A stretch of DNA of 64,000 nucleotides, taken from IMG/VR virus record IMGVR_UViG_3300047159_000046; one strand, written 5' to 3'. A program made the translations under genes and the position numbers. Shown in pieces: positions 1 through 10,674 of this stretch; positions within the stretch are counted from its first letter, which is position 1, and every line of letters starts with the position of its first letter. This stretch comes from a virus (taxonomy: Duplodnaviria > Caudoviricetes). A model generated the notes under the pieces. That model worked only from the letters and a program-made list of their open reading frames with translations. It searched no databases and was not told where the DNA came from.

Positions 1-533
1 TCCATTTCTGCGTTCATTTGTTCTACCTTTTTCCTATATGTATTATAATCGAGCCAAGGAAAAGTGTATTTCGTAATTTTGAATACCGCTGTTACTGGAT
101 TCTTGACGCCTCTTGTTCCTCTGGCTTTGACCCAATTGGAAGCCATGTTTTCCAGTTTTTTATACCATTCTGTATTATGGAAATAAGGGTCCACATTATC
201 CAGAACCTCCTGAAATCTTTTCTGATATGTTTTACTTGCATCCGCTGTCTTTCTGACAGTGAAAGAGTAACTAAGGTAACATACGGTAGTAAACCATCCG
301 TTTCGCATATCGTTTGTTTCAAGCATCTTGAAAAAATCATCAATGGTTTGGGGATCCTCGGTTATATTATCATCAATATCATCATCAGAAGACACATTTT
401 CAGACGAATCATCATCGTCTACAGCAGAAGAATCATTATCTACAGCAGAAGAATCATCTTCCGTAGTATCATCAAATTCTCCCGAATTGTCATCATCAAA
501 ATAGTCTTCTTGTATTAAATAACGATTTCTCAT
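1..533 (-). CDS. Hypothetical protein with acidic N-terminus (3'-partial), probably late/virion
   Basis: Own translation: ATG at 533, MRNRYLIQEDYFDDDNSGEFDD..., open to the window edge; TATTTAT motif upstream (552-558). Missing from the ORF track because it has no stop in the window. Confidence 0.7.
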   Translation of the reverse strand, partial: MRNRYLIQEDYFDDDNSGEFDDTTEDDSSAVDNDSSAVDDDDSSENVSSDDDIDDNITEDPQTIDDFFKMLETNDMRNGWFTTVCYLSYSFTVRKTADASKTYQKRFQEVLDNVDPYFHNTEWYKKLENMASNWVKARGTRGVKNPVTAVFKITKYTFPWLDYNTYRKKVEQMNAEM

Positions 534-727
534 TAAAATTACCTTTATTTGATAAATAGTTGAATTTTATATAACTTATTCTATTAATGAATTTAATTTT
601 GTATCTTTGTGTTAATCAAAATATTTACGATTATTATTGGCACAAAGAATTAAAATTAGATAAAAATTTCTTGTAAAATAGAATTATTATTATTATCTTT
701 GCGTTGTTTAACAAAGACAATGCAACA

Positions 728-1033
728 ATGACAGATAAAGAATTTTCCATAAGATTGGACGAATTGAGAACAGAAATAAAGAGTTTCTGGGAAGCCAACG
801 GAATTGAACATATAACTCCTGACGATATAAATGCTTATATGTTTTTAAGCATTCAGCATCAAATAACAAGGGATAAATACGGAGACAAACCGTTTGATTA
901 CGATTCCGAAGAAAAAGAACAAACGACTTCGGTAACCAAAGAAAAGGTGGAAACAAAACCAGAAACAGATACAAACGAAAAAAAAGTTTCCTCTGCTCCC
1001 AAAAAACATGTGGTTGTAATAAAACAAAAATAA
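728..1033 (+). CDS. Hypothetical protein
   Basis: ORF after TATCTTTG promoter (~694-701); likely start MTDKEF. Confidence 0.65.
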   Translation: MTDKEFSIRLDELRTEIKSFWEANGIEHITPDDINAYMFLSIQHQITRDKYGDKPFDYDSEEKEQTTSVTKEKVETKPETDTNEKKVSSAPKKHVVVIKQK

Positions 1034-1040
1034 TTATATT

Positions 1041-1868
1041 ATGATAAAGAAAGTAATACAGATTAGTGATATACACGTTCCTAATTATCAAAGACATGAT
1101 GAATACAATGAGGTGCTAAACAATCTTGTCCATGCATGTCAGGAAGAATGTAACGGATATGATTCTTCCGAAGTCAGAATCGTGTTGTGCGGTGATGTGG
1201 TACATCAAAAGAATACGGTTTCAAATGAACTGAATATGCTGACTTCTTCATTCATACGCTCTCTTGAATCGCTATGCAAAGTGATAGTTATCATGGGAAA
1301 TCATGACCTGTTGCTGAATAACTCATCAAGAGCGGACACTCTTACCGCTTTGTTTGAAACAGCCAAATTCGGGAATTCCATACTGCTTGATATGGAACTT
1401 GGATATCAGAGCGGAGTATATGAGGATGATAATATCAAGTGGGCATTATATTCTATATGTGACGGTTATTCAAATCCGTTCCCAAAAGGATTTAGAAAAA
1501 CCAAATCTGCAAAGGTGATAGGGTTGTTTCATGGACAATTGGTCGGAGCTACCAATTTCAACGGAATGGTTTATGAGGACGGAACATCGATTGATGAATT
1601 TGATAAATGTGACGCAGTTATGGCTGGCCATATTCACAAACGTCAGGTAATCCCAATGCCTAACGGAAATGATTTTGTATATTCAGGGTCCCTTGTTCAA
1701 AGAGACGAGGGAGAATCGGTACTGGAACATGGTTATGCCGTATGGGATATTGATACCATGGAACACAAATTCGTTGATATTGCATCTTCTTATGGAATTT
1801 ATAAAATAGAGGTCAACGATCTTGAAGATTTGGATAATGATTTGGAAATAATTGACAATCTAATATAA
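1041..1868 (+). CDS. Metallophosphoesterase, SbcD/Mre11/T4 gp47-like nuclease subunit
   Basis: Calcineurin-like motifs SDIH, GD, GNHD, FHG, GHIH, then YSGS; SbcC-like partner at 15102. Confidence 0.85.
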   Translation: MIKKVIQISDIHVPNYQRHDEYNEVLNNLVHACQEECNGYDSSEVRIVLCGDVVHQKNTVSNELNMLTSSFIRSLESLCKVIVIMGNHDLLLNNSSRADTLTALFETAKFGNSILLDMELGYQSGVYEDDNIKWALYSICDGYSNPFPKGFRKTKSAKVIGLFHGQLVGATNFNGMVYEDGTSIDEFDKCDAVMAGHIHKRQVIPMPNGNDFVYSGSLVQRDEGESVLEHGYAVWDIDTMEHKFVDIASSYGIYKIEVNDLEDLDNDLEIIDNLI

Positions 1869-1873
1869 TATCA

Positions 1874-2786
1874 ATGAATACCAATGAAGTATTAAATAAA
1901 GCCAGAAATGAAGATAATGACGAGTTCTACACTCTTTTCACAACCGTAGAACAAGAGCTTGTCTATTATAACAATATATTTGCAGATAAAACGGTTTATT
2001 GTAATTGCGATAATCCGATTACCTCCAATTTTGTGAAGTGGCTATATTCCAACTTTGACACGTTGCATCTTAAACGTATCATGGCTACTGCTTACAATTC
2101 ACACGGACAAGGACAATATTTCAATACAGATTCTTGCGATGATAAATATCTTGATGCGATATCAGCAAAAACAAGTCTGCTTAATGGAAATGGAGACTTC
2201 AGAAGCGATGAATGTATAGAACTGTTAAAACAGGCCGATATTGTTGTAACGAATCCTCCTTTCTCTTTGTTTAGGGATTTTATAACATTGATGATGAAAT
2301 ATGATAAAAAATTCATTGTAATAGGACATCAAAATGCCATAACTTATAATGAGATTTTTCCTTATATACAATCAAACAAGATACAACTGGGATACTCCAT
2401 ACATGCTGGCGACAGGGAATTCAGAGTATCAGACGATTATCCTATCAATACAAAAAAAATCACGAGTTGATTCAGACGGAAACAAATATATTAGCGTGAC
2501 AGGTATTAGATGGTTCACAAATATACGTTCTCAATCTTATAACAAAAATTTAATATTGTTTCAAAAATATACTTCTGAACAATATCCCAAATACGATAAT
2601 TGCGATGCCATAAATGTAGACAAGACTTGTAATATTCCTGCTGATTATGACGGAGTAATTGGAGTTCCTGTAACTTTTCTTGACAAGTACAATCCAGATC
2701 AGTTTCAAATAGTAGGTAAAATCAACAATCCGACTTGTAACGGAAAAAAGATTTACAAACGTTTGTTGATAAAAAAGAAATCATAA
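1874..2786 (+). CDS. EcoRI-family adenine DNA methyltransferase, copy 1 (one frameshift in A-run ~2452-2459)
   Basis: NDEFYT, YCNCD, GDFRS, VVTNPPFSLF, and C-terminal YDNxDAINV...GVPVTFLDKYNPDQF split across two frames. Confidence 0.85.
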
Positions 2787-2820
2787 TTTGTTGACTGTAA
2801 AACAAATATAAACAACAAGG

Positions 2821-3767
2821 ATGAATAAGAATGAAAATTTGCAAAAGGCCAACAAAGTCAAGAACGATGAGTTCTACACAAAACTCTCAGATATAGAAAA
2901 AGAGCTAATTCACTACAATGAGATGTTTGTTGGTAAAACCATTTATTGTAATTGCGATAATCCTGTCAAGTCCAACTTCGTTCAGTGGTTCTATATTCGG
3001 TTCAATATCTTACATCTTAAACGTATTATTGTAACTGCCTATAATTACGGGGGTATTTATTGGGATTCCGATTTTGCTACAGTGGACCCGAAGTCGCTTG
3101 ATATCAGCAAGGAAATATCAAAGGATGTGAGGAAACTTAATGGAGATGGAGACTTCCGAAGTGAAGAATGTATCGAGCTTTTAAAGCAGGCTGATATTGT
3201 GGTCACGAATCCTCCGTTCTCTTTGTTTAGGGAGTTTGTAGCTCAGTTGATGACGTATAAGAAGCAATTTATCATCCTTGGAAATATGAATTCTATTACT
3301 TGCAAGGAGATATTCCCTTATATTCAGCAGGAATCAGATGAGTTATGGATATTCAATACATTCTGGAGATAGAGAGCTATCAGGTACAAAGACACCTATA
3401 AAAGGACCGACAAGATATGGATTAGGATGCTAATGGTATCAAACTTTAAAATCCAGAGTGAACGGAGTCAAAAATTCGGAACGATATATTGTGGTAGACA
3501 ACTTTGCCGATTGCAGAAACATAATGATAAACTTATATTATTCAGAAATACACTCCAGAAGAATATCCGAAGTACGACAATTATGATGCCATAAACGTTG
3601 ATAAGAGGTGCGATATTCCATGTGACTACGATGGCGTTATGGGTGTTCCTATTTCATTTCTTGACAAATATAATCCCAAACAGTTTAAGATAGTGGATAG
3701 AATAAATAATCCTTCTTTGAATGACAAAATCATTTATAAACGTATTTTGATAAAAAAACTCAAATAA
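2821..3767 (+). pseudogene. EcoRI-family adenine methyltransferase, copy 2 (several indels at ~3330-3550)
   Basis: Intact N-terminal half with NPPFS; C-terminal YDNYDAINVD...FLDKYNPKQF recovered in another frame; may be an assembly artefact. Confidence 0.75.
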
Positions 3768-3831
3768 AATTTGCATAATTCAATTTTTTATAATATCTTT
3801 GCATCATAAATAATAATTAATAGATCAAAAA

Positions 3832-4110
3832 ATGATAAAAGTAATAGAAGTATCTGCACCATGGTGCGCTCAATGTAAAGGATTTAAACCCATTTTTGAT
3901 TCGGTAAAAAAGGAATTGGAAACTGATGATATCCAATTCTCGGAAGTTAATGCTGATGACGATGATGACTTCGTTGAAAAATATAAAATCCAGTCATTGC
4001 CCACAACGTTAATAACCAATGATAAGGGGGATTTATTAAAAAAAATTGTGGGACTAAAAACTCACGATGCTCTTCGTGATGATATTTTATCGGACCATTA
4101 TACAGAATAA
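3832..4110 (+). CDS. Thioredoxin family protein
   Basis: SAPWCAQC active site, IQSLPT cis-Pro motif, 92 aa. Confidence 0.9.
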   Translation: MIKVIEVSAPWCAQCKGFKPIFDSVKKELETDDIQFSEVNADDDDDFVEKYKIQSLPTTLITNDKGDLLKKIVGLKTHDALRDDILSDHYTE

Positions 4111-4112
4111 CA

Positions 4113-4406
4113 ATGACAGATTCTCAAACACAAAATAAGTTCCGCATATATAATAGATATGATGCTATCGAACAAAATTTTGAAGAAAAAGATAATAATG
4201 TTTATCAATTAATTACCAATGCTTCCTATGTAAGCATATCCCATGATGACAACGGAGATGTATTCGGTGTTGATCCAGAGGGAGGGCCAATGATAGTTAA
4301 AGATTCATTTTTGTCTGATTATTCAACCGAAGCTCCTCATTTGTGGATTGATAAAATCATGATACAGGGGAAAGGAGATATTTTTATTTACACAAAAACA
4401 ATTTAA
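4113..4406 (+). CDS. Hypothetical protein
   Basis: ORF in operon; contains VDPEGGP motif. Confidence 0.65.
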   Translation: MTDSQTQNKFRIYNRYDAIEQNFEEKDNNVYQLITNASYVSISHDDNGDVFGVDPEGGPMIVKDSFLSDYSTEAPHLWIDKIMIQGKGDIFIYTKTI

Positions 4407-4418
4407 ATTTGATAATAT

Positions 4419-4859
4419 ATGTATTTTGTATCTAAATTCAGTTATGACGCCATTAACGAAAAGGGAGCCACTACAAAAGTCAAAGACGAGTTTTTAATCA
4501 ATGCTGAGACTTTTACGATGGCAGAAGCAATGACCATTAAAGAGAATGAGAATTCCAATGTAACAGACATCGCAATAAGCGCATTGACAATTTCAAAGGT
4601 CAATGAGGTGGTATTCTTTGAGGCAAATGAAAAAGATCCAGATGTAATTTATAAGTTTTTCAAGGTTAAGATTATATTCTTTGAATTGGATGAGAATACA
4701 GGAAAAACAAAAAAACTTACAGAATACAAATTGGTTGAAGCTCCTTCCATCTCCAAGACTCACGAGATTGTAAAAAACTTTCTTTCTACAAGCGTTATGG
4801 AATTCAAGATTGAAAAGGTTGAGGAAACCAGAATTTCAGCTGTGGTAGAACTTTCTTGA
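4419..4859 (+). CDS. DUF4494-like Bacteroidetes protein
   Basis: Pattern YF..K..Y....EKG..KV.....NAETFT.AEA ... FFKVKI.F.ELDE.TGK.KK ... VEET.I..V matches my recollection of DUF4494. Confidence 0.7.
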   Translation: MYFVSKFSYDAINEKGATTKVKDEFLINAETFTMAEAMTIKENENSNVTDIAISALTISKVNEVVFFEANEKDPDVIYKFFKVKIIFFELDENTGKTKKLTEYKLVEAPSISKTHEIVKNFLSTSVMEFKIEKVEETRISAVVELS

Positions 4860-4894
4860 TAAAGGCCGTTTAGTTTTAGTTGTTTATATAATTG

Positions 4895-4931
4895 AAAAAA
4901 GCGTTGGACCATTATGGTTCAACGCTTTTTT
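4895..4931. terminator. Bidirectional rho-independent terminator
   Basis: AAAAAAGCGTTGGACCA-TTA-TGGTTCAACGCTTTTTT between convergent genes. Confidence 0.85.
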
Positions 4932-4957
4932 ATTTGTTGTTATCTATTGACAACCAA

Positions 4958-5500
4958 CTATTTGGCTTCTGTATTTTCCGTAGTGTTTGTTGGGGTGGAT
5001 GCTGAATCTGAATTGTTGTTGTTTTCATCCAGCTCCTTTTGAATTTCGTTTTTGTCAATTCCCGTCTTTTCTGCAATTTCGGATTCAACGAATTTCTTTA
5101 TCATCTTGAATACTTTTATATCAGGATGAAGAATGGCAAGATTGGCTATTATGGACCAAATTTCCCCAGTTAGGATTATTGCGGATATTCCTCTTGTAAA
5201 TACACACGTCTCATCCATTCCAAATATCTTATCCAAAAGGACAAACAATATTATCAAAGATATGTATATCAGCAGTTTGCATATTGCGTTAAATATTCCG
5301 CTGCTTTTGAGTTTTATATTCTGTATTCTATAGCTGCGTACCACGCCCACAACGAGGTCTATCAATACTGCAACCGTTATGAATAGAATATATGTACTTC
5401 CGTTTCCTAAAAATGAAACCACAAAAAGAATGGCTGATACCACCCACGATTCTATGGAAGAAAACAGTAGTCTGAACGAATTGTAAAGATGTTCAATCAT
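4958..5500 (-). CDS. Phage holin (holin_4_1-like)
   Basis: Several TM segments; motifs DLVVGV, SSGIF...KLLIY, LLDKI, EIWSIIAN; charged tail. Confidence 0.75.
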   Translation of the reverse strand: MIEHLYNSFRLLFSSIESWVVSAILFVVSFLGNGSTYILFITVAVLIDLVVGVVRSYRIQNIKLKSSGIFNAICKLLIYISLIILFVLLDKIFGMDETCVFTRGISAIILTGEIWSIIANLAILHPDIKVFKMIKKFVESEIAEKTGIDKNEIQKELDENNNNSDSASTPTNTTENTEAK

Positions 5501-5587
5501 TTTATTAAATTTTTATATTAATAAATAGAAAAAAGAGTTTACTTTTTACATATAATATCACTATTTATTTTAAAATATTTAAAAAAG

Positions 5588-5866
5588 ATGAAACAGATTG
5601 TAGAAAAGGTTATTCTTTGGTGCCAGGCGCATCAGAGTGCCCTTGTAAACTTGATTATCGTAGTAGCTGTGGTTTGTATTGCAATGGTTTGTTGCGTACA
5701 CTCCAACTCATCGGATTCCAATGCGGTTGCAGATACAGATTCCGTAGCAATAGCAGATACCACGGCATCAGACTCAACAGCAGCAAAGGACAGCGTTGCA
5801 GTAAAAGATACCATTTCAAAAGATTCAGCAGTCGTTGCAACAAAAGATTCAGTTGCCAAAAAGTAA
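5588..5866 (+). CDS. Small membrane-anchored protein with D/S/T/A-rich tail
   Basis: One TM helix then DS(T/V)A repeats; TATTTAT upstream; divergent from the holin. Confidence 0.65.
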   Translation: MKQIVEKVILWCQAHQSALVNLIIVVAVVCIAMVCCVHSNSSDSNAVADTDSVAIADTTASDSTAAKDSVAVKDTISKDSAVVATKDSVAKK

Positions 5867-5989
5867 AACGAATCTTTGTGTTTGATTGTTGGGGGGAGAA
5901 GATTTTAAATCTTTTCCCCTTTTTTATTTGCATATATCAAATTTAATGTCTATCTTTGTGGAATAAATAAATAATATATAAATAACACA

Positions 5990-6334
5990 ATGACAAAAAA
6001 ACAGGAAGTAGCTTCTTTGCGAAAGCAAATCAGAGATGTCGAACAGAAAATGACAGCAATAGAAAATCAGCTTGATACAGAGAGTGTGAATATGTATAAC
6101 CAATACTCTGTAAAACTGCATATTCTATGCAAAAAAATGGGAGTATTCGAGGTGCCCATCGAGAAAAAAGGCAGACTGCCTGTCAAGGTTACCAATATGG
6201 AGACAGGAGCTTTTGTCGTTTATAACACAAAGAAAGAGGCTTTACAATCGATTGATTGCCATTCAAGCAGATTGTCATGCCTAAGAAACGGACCACAAAT
6301 TTATGAGAAATGGAAAGTTGAATATGATTATTAA
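5990..6334 (+). CDS. Hypothetical protein, coiled coil plus NUMOD1-like C-terminal DNA-binding motif
   Basis: PVKVTNMETG..VVYNTKKEA...I; own TATCTTTG promoter. Confidence 0.55.
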   Translation: MTKKQEVASLRKQIRDVEQKMTAIENQLDTESVNMYNQYSVKLHILCKKMGVFEVPIEKKGRLPVKVTNMETGAFVVYNTKKEALQSIDCHSSRLSCLRNGPQIYEKWKVEYDY

Positions 6335-6351
6335 ATTTAAATTATAATAGA

Positions 6352-6801
6352 ATGAAAATTAAATTTTTAAAAAAGAGAACATACTCCAGTGTAGAGACTG
6401 GAATCTCCAAGGTCAAATATCTGGTAATTCTTGATAACCAAGACAACTCCATTATGGGATGTGCCGAAGCGGTCAAAAAGAACAGAGACATCAAAGGACT
6501 TATCAAATCTGGCCTGTTGAAATATGACGAAAAGAAAAACTGTTTTTCTTTCAATGTTGATGGAAAGGCAACATGCAATAAAAAGGAAGATAAATATGAT
6601 CGAAAAAACGGTATTTCAATCGCAGATGGCAGAGCAAAATATCATGGATATAAACGATTCGCTCTTCTTTTAAGATGTTTATCAGCAGAACACAACAAAT
6701 CTATTGATGCGATTGTGTATGATCATGCCAGAATTGAAGACAAAATCAACGCACTGGGATATACAGAAAAACAGATTGCCGATATTCCTTATATCGATTA
6801 A
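6352..6801 (+). CDS. Hypothetical phage protein
   Basis: GKATCNKKEDKYDRKNGISIADGRA segment, also seen in 60797..61786. Confidence 0.65.
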   Translation: MKIKFLKKRTYSSVETGISKVKYLVILDNQDNSIMGCAEAVKKNRDIKGLIKSGLLKYDEKKNCFSFNVDGKATCNKKEDKYDRKNGISIADGRAKYHGYKRFALLLRCLSAEHNKSIDAIVYDHARIEDKINALGYTEKQIADIPYID

Positions 6802-6821
6802 ATGTAAATTATTAATTTTAT

Positions 6822-7301
6822 ATGAAACTAAAATACAAATACGTCAAAAACAATGCGTTTTGCAAAGACCTTGAGTTTATTGACAAGGGGGAAATGGTTG
6901 ATTTATATCTTCCTGATAATGTGGAATTCAAACAGAACGAAAGCAAGATGCTGAATCTGGATGTCGTTTTTGATATTCCCAATGGATATCTGATGAAGAT
7001 TTATCCTCGGTCCTCCACTTATAATAAATACAAGGTTCTTCTTACCAACAGTGTCGGAATTATTGACAGTACTTATAAGGGAGATAATGATACCATAAAA
7101 GCGGTTCTTTTTGCCACTAACCCAACATCAATCAATGCTGGAACAAGAATATTGCAATTCGAGCTGGTGCTGTCACAAAAAGCCACATTATGGCAGAAAA
7201 TAAAATGGTTCTTCTCATCTTCCGTTAAACTTGAGCGTGTACCTAATTTTGTCAGTTTTACCGACAAAAACAGGGGAGGTTACGGAAGTACGGGAATCTG
7301 A
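6822..7301 (+). CDS. dut: Trimeric dUTPase
   Basis: Motifs DL, PRSS, GIIDSTYKG, RILQ, RGGYGSTG. Confidence 0.95.
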   Translation: MKLKYKYVKNNAFCKDLEFIDKGEMVDLYLPDNVEFKQNESKMLNLDVVFDIPNGYLMKIYPRSSTYNKYKVLLTNSVGIIDSTYKGDNDTIKAVLFATNPTSINAGTRILQFELVLSQKATLWQKIKWFFSSSVKLERVPNFVSFTDKNRGGYGSTGI

Positions 7302-7421
7302 AAAGTTCAATCGTGTAACTGTGTTGCACATAAAGATTCTTTTGTATTTGATTCGCATATATGATATATGCAGATAAATCTATATGATTTATTGAACCAA
7401 ATAAAAAGCGATAGAATTAAA

Positions 7422-7453
7422 AAAGCCGATGATAAAGCAATATCATCGGCTTT
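7422..7453. terminator. Terminator hairpin between convergent genes
   Basis: AAAGCCGATGAT...ATCATCGGCTTT. Confidence 0.7.
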
Positions 7454-7474
7454 ATTTGTTTAATTATTAGTCAT

Positions 7475-10400
7475 TTATACATAATAACAGAATCGATTTC
7501 CATCATAGAACAGTTTCAATACAGAACTTTCTGTGTCTTTTATGGTAAATGTTTTGGATCCAATCATAAATGTTCCATTACCAAATATGGTTAACGTATC
7601 TCCTATTTTGTAGAAACCATTAGCTCTTATTTCTGTAACATCGACAGAAGTAGATCCGACATATATACACTGAGATCTTCCAGTCAATACTAATATAGCT
7701 TCAGTCGATTCATATATAGCATAAGTTTTGGTGTCGGTCAACTCACCTTCCAATACCATATTTCCATAATTATCAACAGTCAAACAATTGTTTCTGCTCG
7801 TGTCCGAACTTCCATTTCCTATAATAAACGCACAATTATTTGTCATTGGCTTGTTGTATGTGCCCATGATATGCTGATTGTCTCCGCTAACGATGTTATA
7901 CGAACCCTCTACATGTGCATACTTGAATGAACTGCCTATAACATTGTTAAATCCCTCTGCGTGTGAACAGGAACCGCTAACTCTGTTTGAGCTGCCCTCT
8001 GCATGGGAAGATTGTCCGCTAACCATATTGAATGATCCCTCGGAATGAGAATATTCACCTTCCGCCAAACAACTGTTTCCCTCCGCATGAGCAGCGGTAT
8101 TGTTGGCGATTGTGAAAGACCCTTCCGAATGCGCTCCTTGAGACGATGCGCTTGATTGTAATCCCTCAGCATGTGCTCCTGGCTGAGAAGCGAATGTTGA
8201 CAATCCTTCTGAATGTGCTGCGCCTCCGATGGCTTGTGTCAACTGCCCTTCCGAATGCGCATGTACTGATAATGCAGACGTTGATGTACCCTCCGAGTGT
8301 CCTCCTTTGGAATACGTTTTATATCCTTCACTATAAGAGTAGTCCGTAATAGCTGATGCCATATATCCCAGCGATACGGCAGCAATTCCACTGGATGTGT
8401 TATAATATCCCAAAGCAACGGAATTGTTGTTCGTTGCAACGTTTCCCCTACCCAATGTAACTGAATAATACCCGTTTGACAGATTGTTAGCACCGTAAGC
8501 AAATGCGTTATTAGACAATGCCGAAGATGAATTTCCTCCCGCAAAAGAGGTAATACCAGATACCGTAGATGCGCTTCCTATTACAAATGAGGCATCTCCA
8601 TTAACAATAGCACTTACTCCGAATGATGTTGATGCAATTCCAGATGTTGTACATCCCTTTCCAAATGAAAGATCATAAATTCCGTAAGTAATACTGCTTA
8701 GACCTCCCGCACATGAATAATCGCCTTGTGCTTGCGTTTGGATTCCCATTGAATGAGAAAAAGCTCCAACGGCACTTGTATTATGTCCCTCCGAATGAGA
8801 ACCTTGTCCATAAGCATAAGTTTGCAATCCTTCAGCATGGGCAGCATCCATAAATGCTATTGTTGCAGAACCTTCCGAATGGCATCCTGCATTTATCGAT
8901 TTTGTTTGTGAACCCTCGGCATGGCTGTCCACTCCCAAAGCTGATGAGCCGTAACCCTCGGCATGGGAAAAATCATCCATAGCCCTTGTCATTTCTCCCT
9001 CTGCGTGAGCTGCCATACCACTTGCAATGGTAGTGATACCTTCGGAATGTGATGCCAATAAAATCGCCTTGTTCTGTTTTCCCTCACAATGTGTTGCTTC
9101 TGATAATGCAGATGATTGTTCGCCCTCAACGTGACTATAATTTCCACTGGATATATTTTTATATCCTTCACAATGAGAATAAGGAGCCATGGCTGAATTT
9201 GTGGCGTAATCATTAAATATTTCTCCCAACTTTTCGGATGTATGGCCGACTACAACAGGTTGATAATTTACTTGATTGGATACCAAATCCCAGAAATTAT
9301 GAGGAGTTGCTTGGTCTTCATTATAGAAGTTGGAATCTCCTCCCACATTAACCATTGATATACTTGCAAAACCTAATGATGTTGCAATACCACTTGATTT
9401 TACTCCATTCGCACTTTCCATTGTGACAAGATCATCCAAAACGACCGAACCGCCACCTGCTTTGGCACTTATGATATTGTCCTCTGTAATGGTAATATTG
9501 TCTCCAGCGGTCAACTTTTTCTGATATGTGGTTGTGATAACGTTTCCGTCACCATCCTTTAAACATTTACCATCAAATGTTGTTGCCGATAAGTTTCCTG
9601 CAATTTTCATATTGCCATCCCAATCAACAGACAATGCGTTGCTTCTGATGGTATTATTTGTTCCGTTTCCTATAATGAACGATGACTTTTCATCGGCAAT
9701 ATTATATTTGCCTTGAACATGTTGAACATCTCCCATCGATATTGTATAAACACCTTCCGAATGGGATGCGTTTCCTATAGCCGATGTCATTGTTCCTTCT
9801 GCGTGAGAAATATAACCCATAGAGAAGGAAGATCCCTCTGCATGAGATCCCTCCTGAATGGCTTGTGCCCCAAGTCCTTCTGAATGTGCTCCTATTCCTG
9901 AAGCTATGGTTATCCTGCCTTCCGCATGGGAATAATCTCCTATAGATTTAGACCCGTTTCCTTCCGCATGAGAAGCAATTCCTGATGTAACTGATCCCAT
10001 CCCCTCTACATGAGAAAAGTTGCCGTTGGCTATTGATGATATGCCCTCTGCATGCGCTGCCTCACCATATACCTGTGTACTGGTTCCTTCTGTGTGAGAA
10101 ACAGATCCAGATGCAATCGTACCCTGTCCTTCTGCATGAGAAACAAACCCTAATGCTTGTGTACCCAATCCCTCGGAATGAGAAGAATAACCAGAAGACT
10201 TGGTATTATGTCCTTCTGCATGGGAATAATCGCCAATACTTGTGTTAAACAAATAGTCATTGAATATTTCTCCATTATTATTTGAGACACCAACTAATGT
10301 AATGGTATATGCGGATTTGTTATTAACATCATCTCCAGAACCATCATGATTGTTTATATTAGTTAGACTGGATATTTTCTTATCATTGGTGAATACAACA

Positions 10401-10669
10401 TTTTGACCAGCCTCCATATTGTCCATTTTAGCCGAAACAGCAGCGTATATTCCGCTTGATTCAACTCCGTTGGTACTTGTAGAGGTAACCAGCGTATCAA
10501 GAACGATAGGCTTTGATGCCGCTGCGCTAATCACATTGTCATCCGTTATTGTGATATTATCACCAGCGGTCAGTTTCTTCTGATAAGTGAGATCTGATTT
10601 TTTTTCTACATTTGAAACTAATAATTGTAAATCCTCTGTATTAAGAAGTTTTATATATTTTATATCCAT
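7475..10669 (-). CDS. Fibre/adhesin with YadA-head (Hep/Hag-like) SHAEG repeats; probable receptor-binding or decoration fibre
   Basis: Dozens of 14-aa S/AH(A/S/V)EG repeats, IIGNG..RSNA..DW.GN connector, YQKKLTAGDNITI linkers. Confidence 0.8.
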   Translation of the reverse strand: MDIKYIKLLNTEDLQLLVSNVEKKSDLTYQKKLTAGDNITITDDNVISAAASKPIVLDTLVTSTSTNGVESSGIYAAVSAKMDNMEAGQNVVFTNDKKISSLTNINNHDGSGDDVNNKSAYTITLVGVSNNNGEIFNDYLFNTSIGDYSHAEGHNTKSSGYSSHSEGLGTQALGFVSHAEGQGTIASGSVSHTEGTSTQVYGEAAHAEGISSIANGNFSHVEGMGSVTSGIASHAEGNGSKSIGDYSHAEGRITIASGIGAHSEGLGAQAIQEGSHAEGSSFSMGYISHAEGTMTSAIGNASHSEGVYTISMGDVQHVQGKYNIADEKSSFIIGNGTNNTIRSNALSVDWDGNMKIAGNLSATTFDGKCLKDGDGNVITTTYQKKLTAGDNITITEDNIISAKAGGGSVVLDDLVTMESANGVKSSGIATSLGFASISMVNVGGDSNFYNEDQATPHNFWDLVSNQVNYQPVVVGHTSEKLGEIFNDYATNSAMAPYSHCEGYKNISSGNYSHVEGEQSSALSEATHCEGKQNKAILLASHSEGITTIASGMAAHAEGEMTRAMDDFSHAEGYGSSALGVDSHAEGSQTKSINAGCHSEGSATIAFMDAAHAEGLQTYAYGQGSHSEGHNTSAVGAFSHSMGIQTQAQGDYSCAGGLSSITYGIYDLSFGKGCTTSGIASTSFGVSAIVNGDASFVIGSASTVSGITSFAGGNSSSALSNNAFAYGANNLSNGYYSVTLGRGNVATNNNSVALGYYNTSSGIAAVSLGYMASAITDYSYSEGYKTYSKGGHSEGTSTSALSVHAHSEGQLTQAIGGAAHSEGLSTFASQPGAHAEGLQSSASSQGAHSEGSFTIANNTAAHAEGNSCLAEGEYSHSEGSFNMVSGQSSHAEGSSNRVSGSCSHAEGFNNVIGSSFKYAHVEGSYNIVSGDNQHIMGTYNKPMTNNCAFIIGNGSSDTSRNNCLTVDNYGNMVLEGELTDTKTYAIYESTEAILVLTGRSQCIYVGSTSVDVTEIRANGFYKIGDTLTIFGNGTFMIGSKTFTIKDTESSVLKLFYDGNRFCYYV

Positions 10670-10674
10670 TTTTT

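Noticed and set aside
18-518. + strand ORF 18..518 and most + strand ORFs beyond 31.7 kb
   Set aside because: Shadows of minus-strand genes, with no promoter context and atypical composition.
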